Assembly (NCBI GenBank): GCA_002256025.1
Contig: NKIB01015191.1
Span: 1-37,746 of the forward strand
Direction: 5' to 3'
DNA length: 37,746 nt
Source: Asterionella formosa
Taxonomy: Eukaryota
Numbering within the stretch: position 1 is the stretch's first letter; each line of letters opens with the position of its first letter. A model generated the notes under the pieces. That model saw only the letters and a program-made list of their open reading frames with translations, was not told where the DNA came from and searched no databases. Position numbers and translations under genes: made by a program. Of the stretch, positions 25,046 through 35,969 are shown in pieces.

Positions 25046-25980
25046 TTAGACGACTCTGTAAAAGATTACGAGCGCCCATCTCGTCCCCTTTGTAATTGGA
25101 TCTGCTTGGTGCCAAACTGCTCGATCGATAAATCCAACGTCCCCTGATCTCGTGTCGTAGTGAATCTCCTGAGATCGCCCCAAACTATCTCGTCCATCCC
25201 AAAATGTCAACCCACCTCCTTCAAAGGCATTGATTGAAAGTGGAGCGGACCACTGATCCATCGGCAGGGCTACAACAATCGATCCATCTACCTTGCCTGC
25301 ACCATCAACGTGCTTGAGTAATGCTTGTTCTCCTGGAGCCGGTGTGTAGCGAGTGATGAACGTCATAAGTCTATGCGAGACAATTGGATTTTTTATTGAA
25401 TGTTGCTGCCGATACCACTCATTAAATAGCGTATTGCATGTGTCCAGCAAGGGCCGAAAGATGTCAAGGAGCTCAAGGCTAGGATCTGCTGTTGGTACGC
25501 CTCCCTTCATTACTTCTAGGTAGCAACTAATCTTCCAATTTTTAATGCTAGCAACGCCTCCATTGTACGTTACAGTCTGCGGTCGAAAGAGAGCAACGAC
25601 AGACGGCATGATACAATCCAGGTAGGCTGGATTAATGGCCTCTTTCAATACCAAGTGGCGTTGCTTAGCTAATTTCTTGCGTAAAACTTGCTTTGCGATT
25701 TCGTTGATATTCGCAAGTAATATGTGAGGCTGATGGTATGATGCTTGACTGAGCTTTTCTGAACATTGTGGGAAGTTAAAATGAGCGCTTCATGAATGAC
25801 GGCCTCGAACCCAACCAACAATGCAGGCATACCTGGTACATTCTTACCGTTGTCTAGAAACTCCTTGCTATCCATCTGGTTCCCATGGATAGCCTGAGCG
25901 TTGTTATTGGTAGCATCTCGTAGATGAGTAGTGGGAGTCATCGGTGCAGTCACTTCGTTGCTGTCCTCGTTGATAGGCAT
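25046..25980 (-). CDS. 2-oxoglutarate/Fe(II)-dependent oxygenase, 286 aa, 2 exons
   Basis: Exons 25980-25833 and 25758-25046 with a GTATGC..CAG intron that restores the frame. RY..GEQALLKHVDG (HxD), FEGGGLTF, WHQADPITKGTRWALVIF (distal His and 2OG-binding Arg). Confidence 0.85.
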
Positions 25981-26142
25981 ACGTCAACAACCAAGAAAAA
26001 CCTCGAGCTTGCTTTGAGATGTCGTCGCTCGATCGTTGTTGGAAAGTGCACATCAAGTTCAATCGGCCAATACATGGTCAAGGTTGTTGGATTTTTCAAA
26101 TCACATCTCCGGGTCCGGAAAAATCCAGAAGATACAAATGAT

Positions 26143-26206
26143 TGGTACCGGTACCAGGGCCCTGGTACCTGGTACAGGGGGGGTACCCTGGTACCAGTAC
26201 CAGGTA
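26143..26206. promoter_or_regulatory. GGTACC/GTAC palindrome cluster in a divergent promoter
   Basis: Overlapping perfect palindromes TGGTACCGGTACCA (26143-26156) and GGTACCAGGGCCCTGGTACC (26150-26169) plus further GTAC(C) units, midway between the divergent starts at 25980 and 26368. The regulatory role is inferred. Confidence 0.45.
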
Positions 26207-26367
26207 CAACAAAACCATCACTGCTAAATTAATGAGAGCCCTTGTGAAATTGTGAAACAAATGTGCGTGCATATCTTTGTCGAGAAGAAAACCGACTTGA
26301 ACTTCCATTTGTTGCACCAAAGTCTTGAGCTTGTACCACAAACACTGTCGGCTAGTTCATAGACACC

Positions 26368-28516
26368 ATGCCATCTTGGGAGGGTATCGAAGACTCCTCG
26401 GCCATTGCCGCCAAAATATGGTACGGAGTTGGATGGGAAAATCGTGCTGGAACGTTCGTTTCGTCGTCGCCTGACTGATTCGGCGTTTTTCCTTATTTCT
26501 CCTTTCAGGATGTCGCGCGAGAAAGAGGAAGACGAATGGCAGCCACTGAGAAAGTCGGATTGTCGAGCTCTCAATCAATCTACGAGTAAGTTTACGACTT
26601 ATTGTGCAACCTTGGCAATGGGATTTTTCCGGCACTGTACACAAAACTGAACCTCACGGCACCTCCTCAATCTTCCTCGGGCAGGTACACAAGTTGTAAT
26701 TGAGGGGGGCAGAGCCACAGCTGATCTCACCACGAACGAAATCAAGTACAACTTTTACAATTCACCTATGCGACAGATGTCTTCAGCGACTTGGTTCGTC
26801 AAGGAAGAGAAATCTTCCAAAGTATTCTCGTTCAAGCCAATGACACAAATAGATGCCGCCATTGTTGAAGAATTATACCAAAAAGCAGTACAAGCAACGT
26901 CCTCACTTGGAAGTGGCATCAGCACTGTAATACAAGAAGAACATGAACTCATGGATAATGCGGATTATAAAGTTGTAATATCCAAGACGACCAGTAATGT
27001 CTTGTCAATGAAAATGAAGGCAAAGGGTTGGTTCGGCAACACATTGGATTTGCAACGTGGCCACGGAGAATACATTTCTGAAGGAGAGGAAGACGAAGTC
27101 ATGCTAGGTCCAGTGAATCATCTATTTTTTGTCGTGCACGGAATTGGTGAGGCACTCTGGAGCCGCCAAGATGTGAGCGTTCCGTCGATTGTCGAAGAAA
27201 TGAATCGTACTAGAATACTCATGCAAAGGAAACAAGTGTCAGATTGGAAAAAGGAATGCGAGAAAGCAAAGAAGGCTCGAGAGGCGGAGCCTCCGGCTCC
27301 AAATCGAATCGAACTTATACCAATTGAATGGTTCGATCGAATTCATTCATCATCATCAGACCTGATGAAGTCATTAAAGGCTACAACGTTGCAGACCATA
27401 CCGGCGCTTAGGGCGATTGCCAATGACGTAGTTTTTGACGTGATGATGTACCTCACTCCTGAGTTTTGTAAGGTTGTGCTGGAATGCGTTTCAGTCCAGA
27501 TTGAAGATCTGTTTTATCGCTTCCAGGACGTTCATCCTGACTTTAAGTCTAACGGCGGCAAGTTTAGCCTCATCGGACATTCGCTCGGTTCTGTTATTGT
27601 ATGGGACCTCTTATCAGTCCTGAATGATCGTTCAGCAAAAAAAGTTACCGGATCCAAGGTCATCACAAAGTCAGATGATTCACCTTCGCCTAAAGAAGCA
27701 TCAGTAGAAAATGGATGCAGAGCTTGCCCAGCCGGAACTGACGACTCGTATGCCCACCCCGCCATAAATGGGTCCTGGGGACCATCGCTCCACGCTCCAA
27801 TGACGCATACAATTCCATTTGTTCCTGAGTTTACGATCTTCCTAGGATCACCGATTGGACTGTTTTTAACTCTTCGTGGGGCACACGCCGTTTTCGATCA
27901 ACTACTACAAATGGAGCTTACCGAAAAAGCGAAGCTCGACAACGGAATTGACGACATCAGTTCAATCACATCACCCTTCACCCTCCCTAGTGGTTCCATT
28001 TACAACATATTTCATCCGAGCGATCCAGTGGCCTATCGTATAGAACCACTTCTCATGTCTCGAGAAACTATAGAATCAAATGTACCTCCTCCGCAATACT
28101 TGGTCAAGAAGGGAGGAAAGGTTCGATTGCATCTCCAGGCAATGCAACTCGGTGATGGTATTAGAAGGAATTTTGCGGAAAAAACTTCTAACTGGTCATT
28201 GATAATTGCATCTGTGACTAATTCTGTCGCAGCAATACAGTCATCAACAAACGCAGAGGGAACCACAAACAAAAATGTGTCAAGATCACTTGTCAGGCAA
28301 GGCCCAATCAAGTTTGCTCTAGGTGGCAAAAGCGACCGAGTCGACTTTCAGCTGCAGCCAGGCGTAATTGATAATGAGTATTTCTCGGCGGTTATGGCGC
28401 ATTCGTCTTATTTTACGAATTCAGATTTCCTTGACTTTCTTCTCGACTTGGTGGACACTACTCATATTGATGTTTCTTTAGCGGAGACAGAGCAATTGAA
28501 TGTCAAAAATATATAA
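26368..28516 (+). CDS. DDHD-domain intracellular phospholipase A1, 653 aa, 3 exons
   Basis: Exons 26368-26420, 26509-26585 and 26685-28516. HLFFVVHGIG, IELIPIEW, lipase motif GHSLG, DDHD domain FLGSPIGLF..NIFHPSDPVAYRIEP..RVDFQL..AHSSYF. Confidence 0.9.
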
Positions 28517-29138
28517 CGAATAGGTTTCGTCTCGATCGCAACAAGGCATACATACACGAGACATTCGCTGTTGTACTCCCACTTCTGGTACGCAAACTGT
28601 TGAAACCGGCATCTTTTGTTCAGCGAAAGACGATTTGATATTTCCTTCGTACTTCAACTATTGCGATTGCATTTGATTCCTTTCTTTGAATGTTACATCT
28701 TCTTTTCCGATTAATTGTGCAATATTTCAATTTGGTTTTTCGGCGTGAAAACATAAAGCTGAATATAAATTACGTAGGTTCATTACAGGACAAGGGTGCC
28801 GAAGCGATGATGGCAGCACCTACATAAAAACTAGCAGCAAATCCCCACTAGTGAAAATTAGGCAGTCTTGAAAGGGAGATAGCTTTCAACCTACCAAAAG
28901 CTGTAGAATTGAAGGACTCCAAAAAGTGATGACAAATGTAATCGCACACAAGGATGCAATGTTCCTTGGGTCGATGAAGAAAGCAAGAACCATGCATCGT
29001 TGTTATCTACCGGTATACTATAGCTTCAACGTCAGCGACTTGGTTTTCGAGGCTATTGAATGGGATTGATATTCTATTTCGAACTGGAGTATATTGCTTT
29101 CAAAAGTAGGTCTAAGAAGGTCTGCATCGAGAAACTGT

Positions 29139-30823
29139 TTATGAGCCGCCGAAGCTAGGATAACCTAGGAAGGCCTTGTCCAATCGATAAGCACCAACTT
29201 TATTGTCACCGTCGCTACGGCCTTTAAATCCAAGCTGTAGAACCAACCCCATTTCCAGGGAGCCAAGCTGTCTCCATTCCCTCGATGAAATCATAGATGT
29301 CGGAAGGTCAATACTTTCAATTCGAAGCACATGACTAGGCCCCTGGTTAACCGAGATGGAGACATTGACTGATGATAAGGGGTGAATTGGAGGAGATTCT
29401 GGGCTTGTTTCATGAACGATCAGTCTTCGTCGCGTGAAAGTTCCTCGATCCGTTTCCATAGTGGTCCCGTCATGATTGCGAAACGACAAATTGATTTGTG
29501 TTTTCAATGATTCAAATTCAAAAAGAAGTTCCATCACTTGGTCACTTTTAGGTGCAAAGTTTTTTTCACTCCTGTGGATACTTCTTGTTCCTTCAGGGGG
29601 AATCATTAGGTCAACACCAAGTGAAGCATGAAGCAATCCGAACTTGTGAACAGCTTCGTCCTGTGCATCCGTAACTTTCGAAAATATGTTGCTGAACTGA
29701 TCTTTTGCAACTTTGTCCCAATTTTCATTATTAAAGACTTTTAATCTTATGGAATCAATTTGCTCGATCATTGGTGTTTCTGAGGTGGCACTGTCCGGGA
29801 CATCAGTCGTCGCCAAGAGCGAAACATACATCTTAATATCCTCTAAAATCTTCAGTTGGCTGACAATCGTGCTATTTAGGAGAAACTTCTGAAGCTTTAA
29901 CAATGTTTCCTTTCGATTAGGCGTTAACCCGTAGCGAGCTCGACATTTGTTGTTGCAAGTAAGATAGAATGTGGAAATCCAGCATTGTCCTTCGCAGGGA
30001 GTCTTTTCAGAGAAATGATTAATATTTGTTGTTTCAGTTATAAATGGGTGACAATTGAACGTACCAGAGTAAGCAGGTCTTTTCTTTGCACCTCTCTCCA
30101 TTGGCTGTCAATGAATTTTTCCCATATTACTTCTTCTGCGCCGTTTATTCTTTTTCGCGTCCAGGGGGGTTCTTCTATCAATGGTACCAACAACATCAAT
30201 GTATCATTGGTCTCCAAAAGTCTCGCCTGTGTACCTAGTGATAGCTCGTCAAACGACTCACAAAAATTTCTTATGAGAGTAGTGGCTGCCAAAACACAGC
30301 TCCGAAACTCTGCATCCCAGAGGGCACATTGATACCTGGATGCTGCTGGACCGATACGGCGTTGATATAGCAAGATTTGGTTACGACGTATGGGTTCGAC
30401 AAGAACTCGCATCGATCTCGCACAATAGTCCATCAACGCTATGATGGATTCTTCTGAAATGCTGCTGCATGACTCGTATAGCATTGCGTTGATGAGTGTT
30501 ATCAGAGTTGATTCCGTGTGCAAAATGAACGACATTCTCAGAATATTCTTGTTGCCTTCTAGTTTGGCCATCAAGCCACTTGGCAGAACAAACGTTCTCC
30601 ATCCCTCAATAGCCAACAGCATTTCGACGAGGACTTCTAACCGATTGTGAATTCGAAGCGCGCCAACGACAGCTGGATTTTGTACGGCAAGAGCAAGACG
30701 TTCGATCTGGTAGGATGCTTCGAAGAATTTCAGATTTCCGACATCTTGAACTTGAAAGCGTGTTTGTAGAGATTGAACGCATACATCAATATCTGTTGAA
30801 GAGATTACGTCTGTTTCATCCAT
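29139..30823 (-). CDS. ZMYND10 (BLU)-like protein lacking the MYND zinc finger, 540 aa, 2 exons
   Basis: Exons 30823-30065 and 30002-29139 (62-nt GTACGT..AAG intron). ZMYND10-like motifs LVEMLLAIEGW..VLP, LHTESTL, LMDYCAR, RLLETND..LLVPLIEEPPW, KFIDSQW, L|TPCEGQCW, RKETLLKL.KFL and WDKVAKDQ...F. No Cys cluster at the C-terminus. Confidence 0.75.
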
Positions 30824-32374
30824 ACTTTACCTCGCAGGTCACTGCTGAGTTTACTGCTAAAGTTATGATACCATTTTTATTGAACTCATCAGCTTGAGCC
30901 TATCACGATGAAAAAACATATCACGCCGCCGGACACAGATACCGGTACTGGTAAATGAATGCGGTGGCTGTTTACAGGCATTATTGTTAGGCTGTTGATA
31001 TCAGCAGATGTCCAAAGTTGAAACACAGTAGGATTCTTGATTCCTGATTCTTAAATACTTTTCCACTTTTGTGTGTAGACAACAATTCCCTACTAGGTTT
31101 GTTGTGTTTGATGGAACAATGAACAATTATGTTAGAAAGGTACAATGTTGAAGGGCGAACTCTATGCAGGAAAGAGAGTATACTGACATTAAATCTCAAA
31201 TGTTGAAAGGCTTCCCCTATGTTTACCAAACAAGTTCACCTAACATTAAACTGAGAGTGATTGTTGGAGAGACGAATCAGTTTTTTCCAAAGGATTGAGG
31301 AACAACCGAATCTTCCTATTGGAACTACCTGAAAGAAGTATTCAGTCAAGAACATCTATGTCCTAGAATCTATCTAGGCTAGGTGGACAAATATGTTGCA
31401 ACAATTGGATTTAATCTACTTGCAATGGTGGATAAATGATCATTCTTCTTGTTGGAGGCTTGAAATGGTTTAGAGTAGCAGGTGCAATGAGAGGGGACTT
31501 TCGTCCTGCTCATTTGATGAATCATAGATGTCAGTGGCTCTTTTGCTGTTACAAAAGGAGGAAATGACAGTCTATGAATTGACAAATGTTCAATGCCAGC
31601 CATCGTGGTATTGGTTGTTGCTGCAATTGTAGTTGGTACTAAATGGTGATGAGATAAAGTCAAGTGGGAGGGATGCAGAGTCTGAGGAATCTTGTGTAGT
31701 ATCAATGAAATCACTCAAGACGAAGGAGTCAATTCATGTGATGGTACTAGCATATGTTGATGGCCAGATTGTTCTTGTTCCTTCAATGGTAGGTAAGACG
31801 TGAAACCCTAAAGGTCAACTGTTCAAGCAAGTGGTCCTATTAGCAAGAACAGAAAGAGAAAAATGAATGAAAAAGAAAGGCATCATGAAAATTCCTGTCA
31901 TAGGAAATATGTCACTCATACACTATGGGATGATGTGGTGTGTGTCGAGCATCAACGGGGGGAGTGTGTCAGAATGTGTCAGTATAGGCAAGGCTGTTGA
32001 TGTCAACGGGTGTCCGAAGTCAGAAAATATTTTTATTCTACCGCGCGCTTTACGCACACCGGCAGGAAAGATTTTTACTATACCGGTATACCGGTACTGG
32101 ATGCATGTGTTATGGATGAAAGACGCCCATGATACCGGAATATAATTTAACTTCAACAACGGACAACCAATCTTATCCATCACATCATACCACAACATCC
32201 TTGTATAGTCGCTTTGGACGGGCCCGTGTTTGTTATACGTTTGTTCGAGTCCTAGATCTAATACTCCCAGCCAACCGGTGAAGTTCATTCACTGCTGCTT
32301 CATAGTTGCCAACTTCAATCCGCCTGACAAAAGGAATGATCAAATCATCTGTTTTGAGGCGAAAGGGATTTGCC

Positions 32375-33214
32375 ATGGTATCGCTCGTGCCATTTCTAAT
32401 TCTTATTGATGGATCTGACTGTTTCAGCTTGCCTTCGACTTCGTTTAAGTTGTCATCATCTTTATCTCTCACTCGAGTTCGTGGAACATCGGCTTTACCG
32501 GTGTTTCAAATATCAACTCAACGTAATCATTCGGTGTTGTTTGTCGCATCAAGGGAGACAACTTCGGATGCCACCCCGAAAATACCAGCAACTATGATAG
32601 AAGCAATACAATCATTCTTTCTTGGAACTTACAAAGGACCGATTTGTGTGGTTGGATTACTTACAGTATTATCTATGTGGAGAGTGCAGCTCGCCGGCCT
32701 TTGTCTGGTCGATGTAGTTGTATTCCTTACATCGGTTGTATTCTGGTGGTTTCAAGAACACATTCTTCATGACAAAGCATTGCATTCCAAAGTAGATTGG
32801 ATGGGAAAAGAAATTCACCGAGTTCATCACGAGAAACCCTATTTTCACATATCGATTGATCCAGCACCACTCATGATTGGTTGGTTGACATGTGTTCACT
32901 TACTTCTGCAATGTATATTGCCTGCACCCCTCGCAGTATCAGCTACTATCGGATACGCTGCTTCGGGGCTCCTGTACGAGTGGTCCCACTATATTGTACA
33001 TACGCGGGTCAAGCCTCCCAATAAGTATTGGAAGCAAGTCCGAGACAATCATATAAAACATCATTTGGTGGATGAACGATACTGGCTAAGTTTCACTGTG
33101 CCTGCAGTGGACGATTTGTTTGGGACAAACCCACCAGTTGAAGAGATTAAGCGAGAACAAGCTTCAGCTGCAAAATTCTTTAAAAAAGGGGAGCCAAAGT
33201 TAGTTTCACGATGA
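32375..33214 (+). CDS. Fatty acid hydroxylase-superfamily membrane di-iron enzyme, probably plastid-targeted, 279 aa
   Basis: His boxes EHILHDKALH, HRVHH, EWSHYIVH and HIKHH with hydrophobic segments between them. N-terminus MVSLVPFLILIDGSDC|FSLPSTSF..: signal peptide, Phe at +1, then a Ser/Thr/Arg-rich transit peptide. Alternative start at 32336. Confidence 0.85.
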   Translation: MVSLVPFLILIDGSDCFSLPSTSFKLSSSLSLTRVRGTSALPVFQISTQRNHSVLFVASRETTSDATPKIPATMIEAIQSFFLGTYKGPICVVGLLTVLSMWRVQLAGLCLVDVVVFLTSVVFWWFQEHILHDKALHSKVDWMGKEIHRVHHEKPYFHISIDPAPLMIGWLTCVHLLLQCILPAPLAVSATIGYAASGLLYEWSHYIVHTRVKPPNKYWKQVRDNHIKHHLVDERYWLSFTVPAVDDLFGTNPPVEEIKREQASAAKFFKKGEPKLVSR

Positions 33215-33629
33215 TTGTTGGAGCAACCAATAGTTTCTACCAAGGTGTTTTTTTGCATGATTTACATTTTGGAATGCTCGCCTCATCTTCACAGAACAGA
33301 GCCATTTTTATATATACCCATCGATTGTAAACCGAGTTTCAACTTTGGCCCTTTATCACTCAAGATTGAAGGACCTGAAGCCGATCACTACGTACTGGTG
33401 CGAAGCAGTCGATCTAAAGCAAAAGAATTGCAGGAATACTGTTGCGTGATATTTCTATAGCCATTGAAACCCTTTCGTGCAGGAGATTGACGAACGAAAC
33501 GATGTCAACGAGGAAGTGAAACAATTAATATATTGAGGACATGGATCATATTTTGTTTGTTAACTGGATACAAGTGCAAGGTTAACGAGTACAAGGATGA
33601 TCTTTACTTAGAAACACCTTTATCTTTAG

Positions 33630-34169
33630 TTACCTTGGACTAAACCATTCATATGCGCCTCCCATGTAATTAATGAATTTGGTGTATCCCCCTTGCTGGG
33701 CGGCGTAGTTGGCAGCATATACCGATCGTATTCCAGCCGCACAAGAAAAGACAATGGTCTCGTCCAAAGCTGGCTTACCGAATCCTGTCACCTCTTCAAA
33801 TTCTTCTTCGTCTAAAGCAAAAATATCATACTGTAGAATAATCGGTAATGGCATGGAAATAGTGTTGGGTGATAACTTTCCAGTGGACGCAATTTCTTCT
33901 GGATTTCTGACATCGATAATGATCATGCCTGTATCCGCTCGTCCACGATCTTCATAGTCTTGTACAAGGGCTGTCATTTCTTCCAGTCCAATGTGTCGGA
34001 GGTCCATAGGACTGCCATTTTTGCTGCTGCTCGTCATATGTCGTTGCATATTAGTCTGTAACGAATGGGGGCTTCGATGGCCACAACCCAAAAATCTTGA
34101 ATTACGGGTCTGGGTGTGGCGTGTCACTAAAGTAAAGAGAGAGAGTCTTGAAACTAACGTTAACCTCAT
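33630..34169 (-). CDS. Single-domain rhodanese-like sulfurtransferase, 179 aa
   Basis: IIIDVRNPEE..TGKL, active-site loop CAAGIRS, NYMGGAYEW. The Arg/Ser/Thr-rich N-terminus lacks acidic residues, suggesting an organellar presequence. Confidence 0.88.
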   Translation of the reverse strand: MRLTLVSRLSLFTLVTRHTQTRNSRFLGCGHRSPHSLQTNMQRHMTSSSKNGSPMDLRHIGLEEMTALVQDYEDRGRADTGMIIIDVRNPEEIASTGKLSPNTISMPLPIILQYDIFALDEEEFEEVTGFGKPALDETIVFSCAAGIRSVYAANYAAQQGGYTKFINYMGGAYEWFSPR

Positions 34170-34552
34170 TGTGTTTGCTGCTACTGCTGACTAAAATAAA
34201 ATTACTTCTGCTGGGACCGGTAGAACGTAAGAGTCGCTACAATGAAGGAAGGAAATCACCGTAGTGGTCAGCAGCTTGGAAACAAAGATTATCATTGCAT
34301 GGCGAATGATCTGCGACTTTCCCAGGCGCGGTAAAAAGACGGTTTTACTCAAAGGAAAGAATAGCTAATTTTCTTTTCTGTTCAGAGGAACGATCACCAC
34401 CCGCTGTGAAGATTACTACCAGTATGTACGATGTAAATATATACCGTTATTTCTCGACGCGGCTTCAACATCCTCATTCACAAGGCTTCCATCGCTTTGT
34501 ATGTCATGTTCGAAACAATTGTAAACATACAGGACTATACCCATCAATCAAC

Positions 34553-35941
34553 ATGGAGGACGATGGAGTGGAAATGTTCGACAATGGGGACGATGATGAT
34601 GACGATGACGATGACATTCCAACCCTCTTGAACCTCGACGACATTGACGACACTCCAGATTTAGTCATCCTTGAGACCTACGACGATGATGTTGATGTCG
34701 CCTCAGCGCCCCAACATATTCCATTGCCGCCTTGTCCCGTCACCATCCTTTCTGGTTTCCTAGGAGCGGGCAAAACCACCCTCATACAATACATTCTTCA
34801 ATCCGCTGATCATGGGAAACGAATCGCCGTGATTGAAAACGAGTTCGGTGATGGGTTGAATGTGGAAACAATGATCGCGAAAGATGGACTTTCGGGCGGC
34901 TCTCTGCAGGAATTCATCGAGCTACCCAACGGATGTATTTGTTGCACAGTCAAAGATAACTTGGTGACTGCACTTGAAGCATTGCTAGAAAAGCGACAAG
35001 ATCTAGACTATATTTTGATTGAGGCTAGTGGAATGGCCAACCCTGGACCCATCGCAACCTTGTTTTGGCTGGACGATGCTCTTGAATCGAGATTGAAACT
35101 CGATGGAATTATAGTATTGGTAGATTGCTACCATATATTGGAACAGCTACGTTCAACACAAGAGGCATCCCAACAGATCGCCTATGCTGATCGAATTATT
35201 CTCAACAAGGTGGACCTAGTGGAGGACATTGGCCCCATGGTGACTGCCATCCGGGAGATCAACAAAGCTGCTCCCATCCAACCAGCTAGCTTTTCACAAG
35301 TATCTGACTTGGCATGGATTTTGGAGGCGAATTGTTTTGATGTCAATCGAACAAGGAGAACGGATGCACTCCTCACAGATCGAAACCATCCATTATGCCC
35401 TGATGGTAACAACTGCCAAGATTGTGACTTGAAAAGAAATCTATTTTTGCCGACATCGGAACAACAACACCAACACACTAACTCGATTAGAACAATAGCA
35501 CTTGTAAAAGAGGGTTCGGTGGACTTGAATAAAATAAACAAATGGCTAGCATCAATCTTGTGGCCTAATCAAGATGAACAAGACAAGATTTTGCGAGCAA
35601 GGCTCGAAGGCAGAAATATAATACAGAACCAGGGACATCAATCTACAACATTCAACAAGATGGAACTCTTTCGAATCAAAGGGATCCTGAGTATTTATCA
35701 CCAAGATGTCAACGAGGAAGATCGAAATTTCATTGATGCAGCGGGCCTTGACATAAGACGGTATATTGTACAGGCCGTGCATGACCTGTGGGAAATCTAC
35801 CCGGCGAGTGCAAATCTTCGATGGGATGAAGCAATGGAACAAGAATCTTTACTGGAAGGTCGCTCGTGTAAGGTTGTTTTTATAGGGCGTAACCTTCGAG
35901 AGGATCAGCTGACAACAAGCTTCGAAAATTGTTTTGTTTAA
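34553..35941 (+). CDS. ZNG1: COG0523/CobW-family G3E GTPase, ZNG1 (CBWD)-like zinc metallochaperone, 462 aa
   Basis: [35 protein letters not shown], and CobW_C motifs FRIKG..VQAVH..VFIGRNL. Acidic N-terminus with PxL motifs. Confidence 0.88.
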   Translation: MEDDGVEMFDNGDDDDDDDDDIPTLLNLDDIDDTPDLVILETYDDDVDVASAPQHIPLPPCPVTILSGFLGAGKTTLIQYILQSADHGKRIAVIENEFGDGLNVETMIAKDGLSGGSLQEFIELPNGCICCTVKDNLVTALEALLEKRQDLDYILIEASGMANPGPIATLFWLDDALESRLKLDGIIVLVDCYHILEQLRSTQEASQQIAYADRIILNKVDLVEDIGPMVTAIREINKAAPIQPASFSQVSDLAWILEANCFDVNRTRRTDALLTDRNHPLCPDGNNCQDCDLKRNLFLPTSEQQHQHTNSIRTIALVKEGSVDLNKINKWLASILWPNQDEQDKILRARLEGRNIIQNQGHQSTTFNKMELFRIKGILSIYHQDVNEEDRNFIDAAGLDIRRYIVQAVHDLWEIYPASANLRWDEAMEQESLLEGRSCKVVFIGRNLREDQLTTSFENCFV

Positions 35942-35969
35942 ATTGAGTTGAGATTGCCATAAAAATGAA

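Noticed and set aside
30960..31900. ORFs 30987-31229 and 31379-31714
   Set aside because: No recognisable motifs, non-ATG starts and CpG-depleted sequence; probably decayed repeat DNA.
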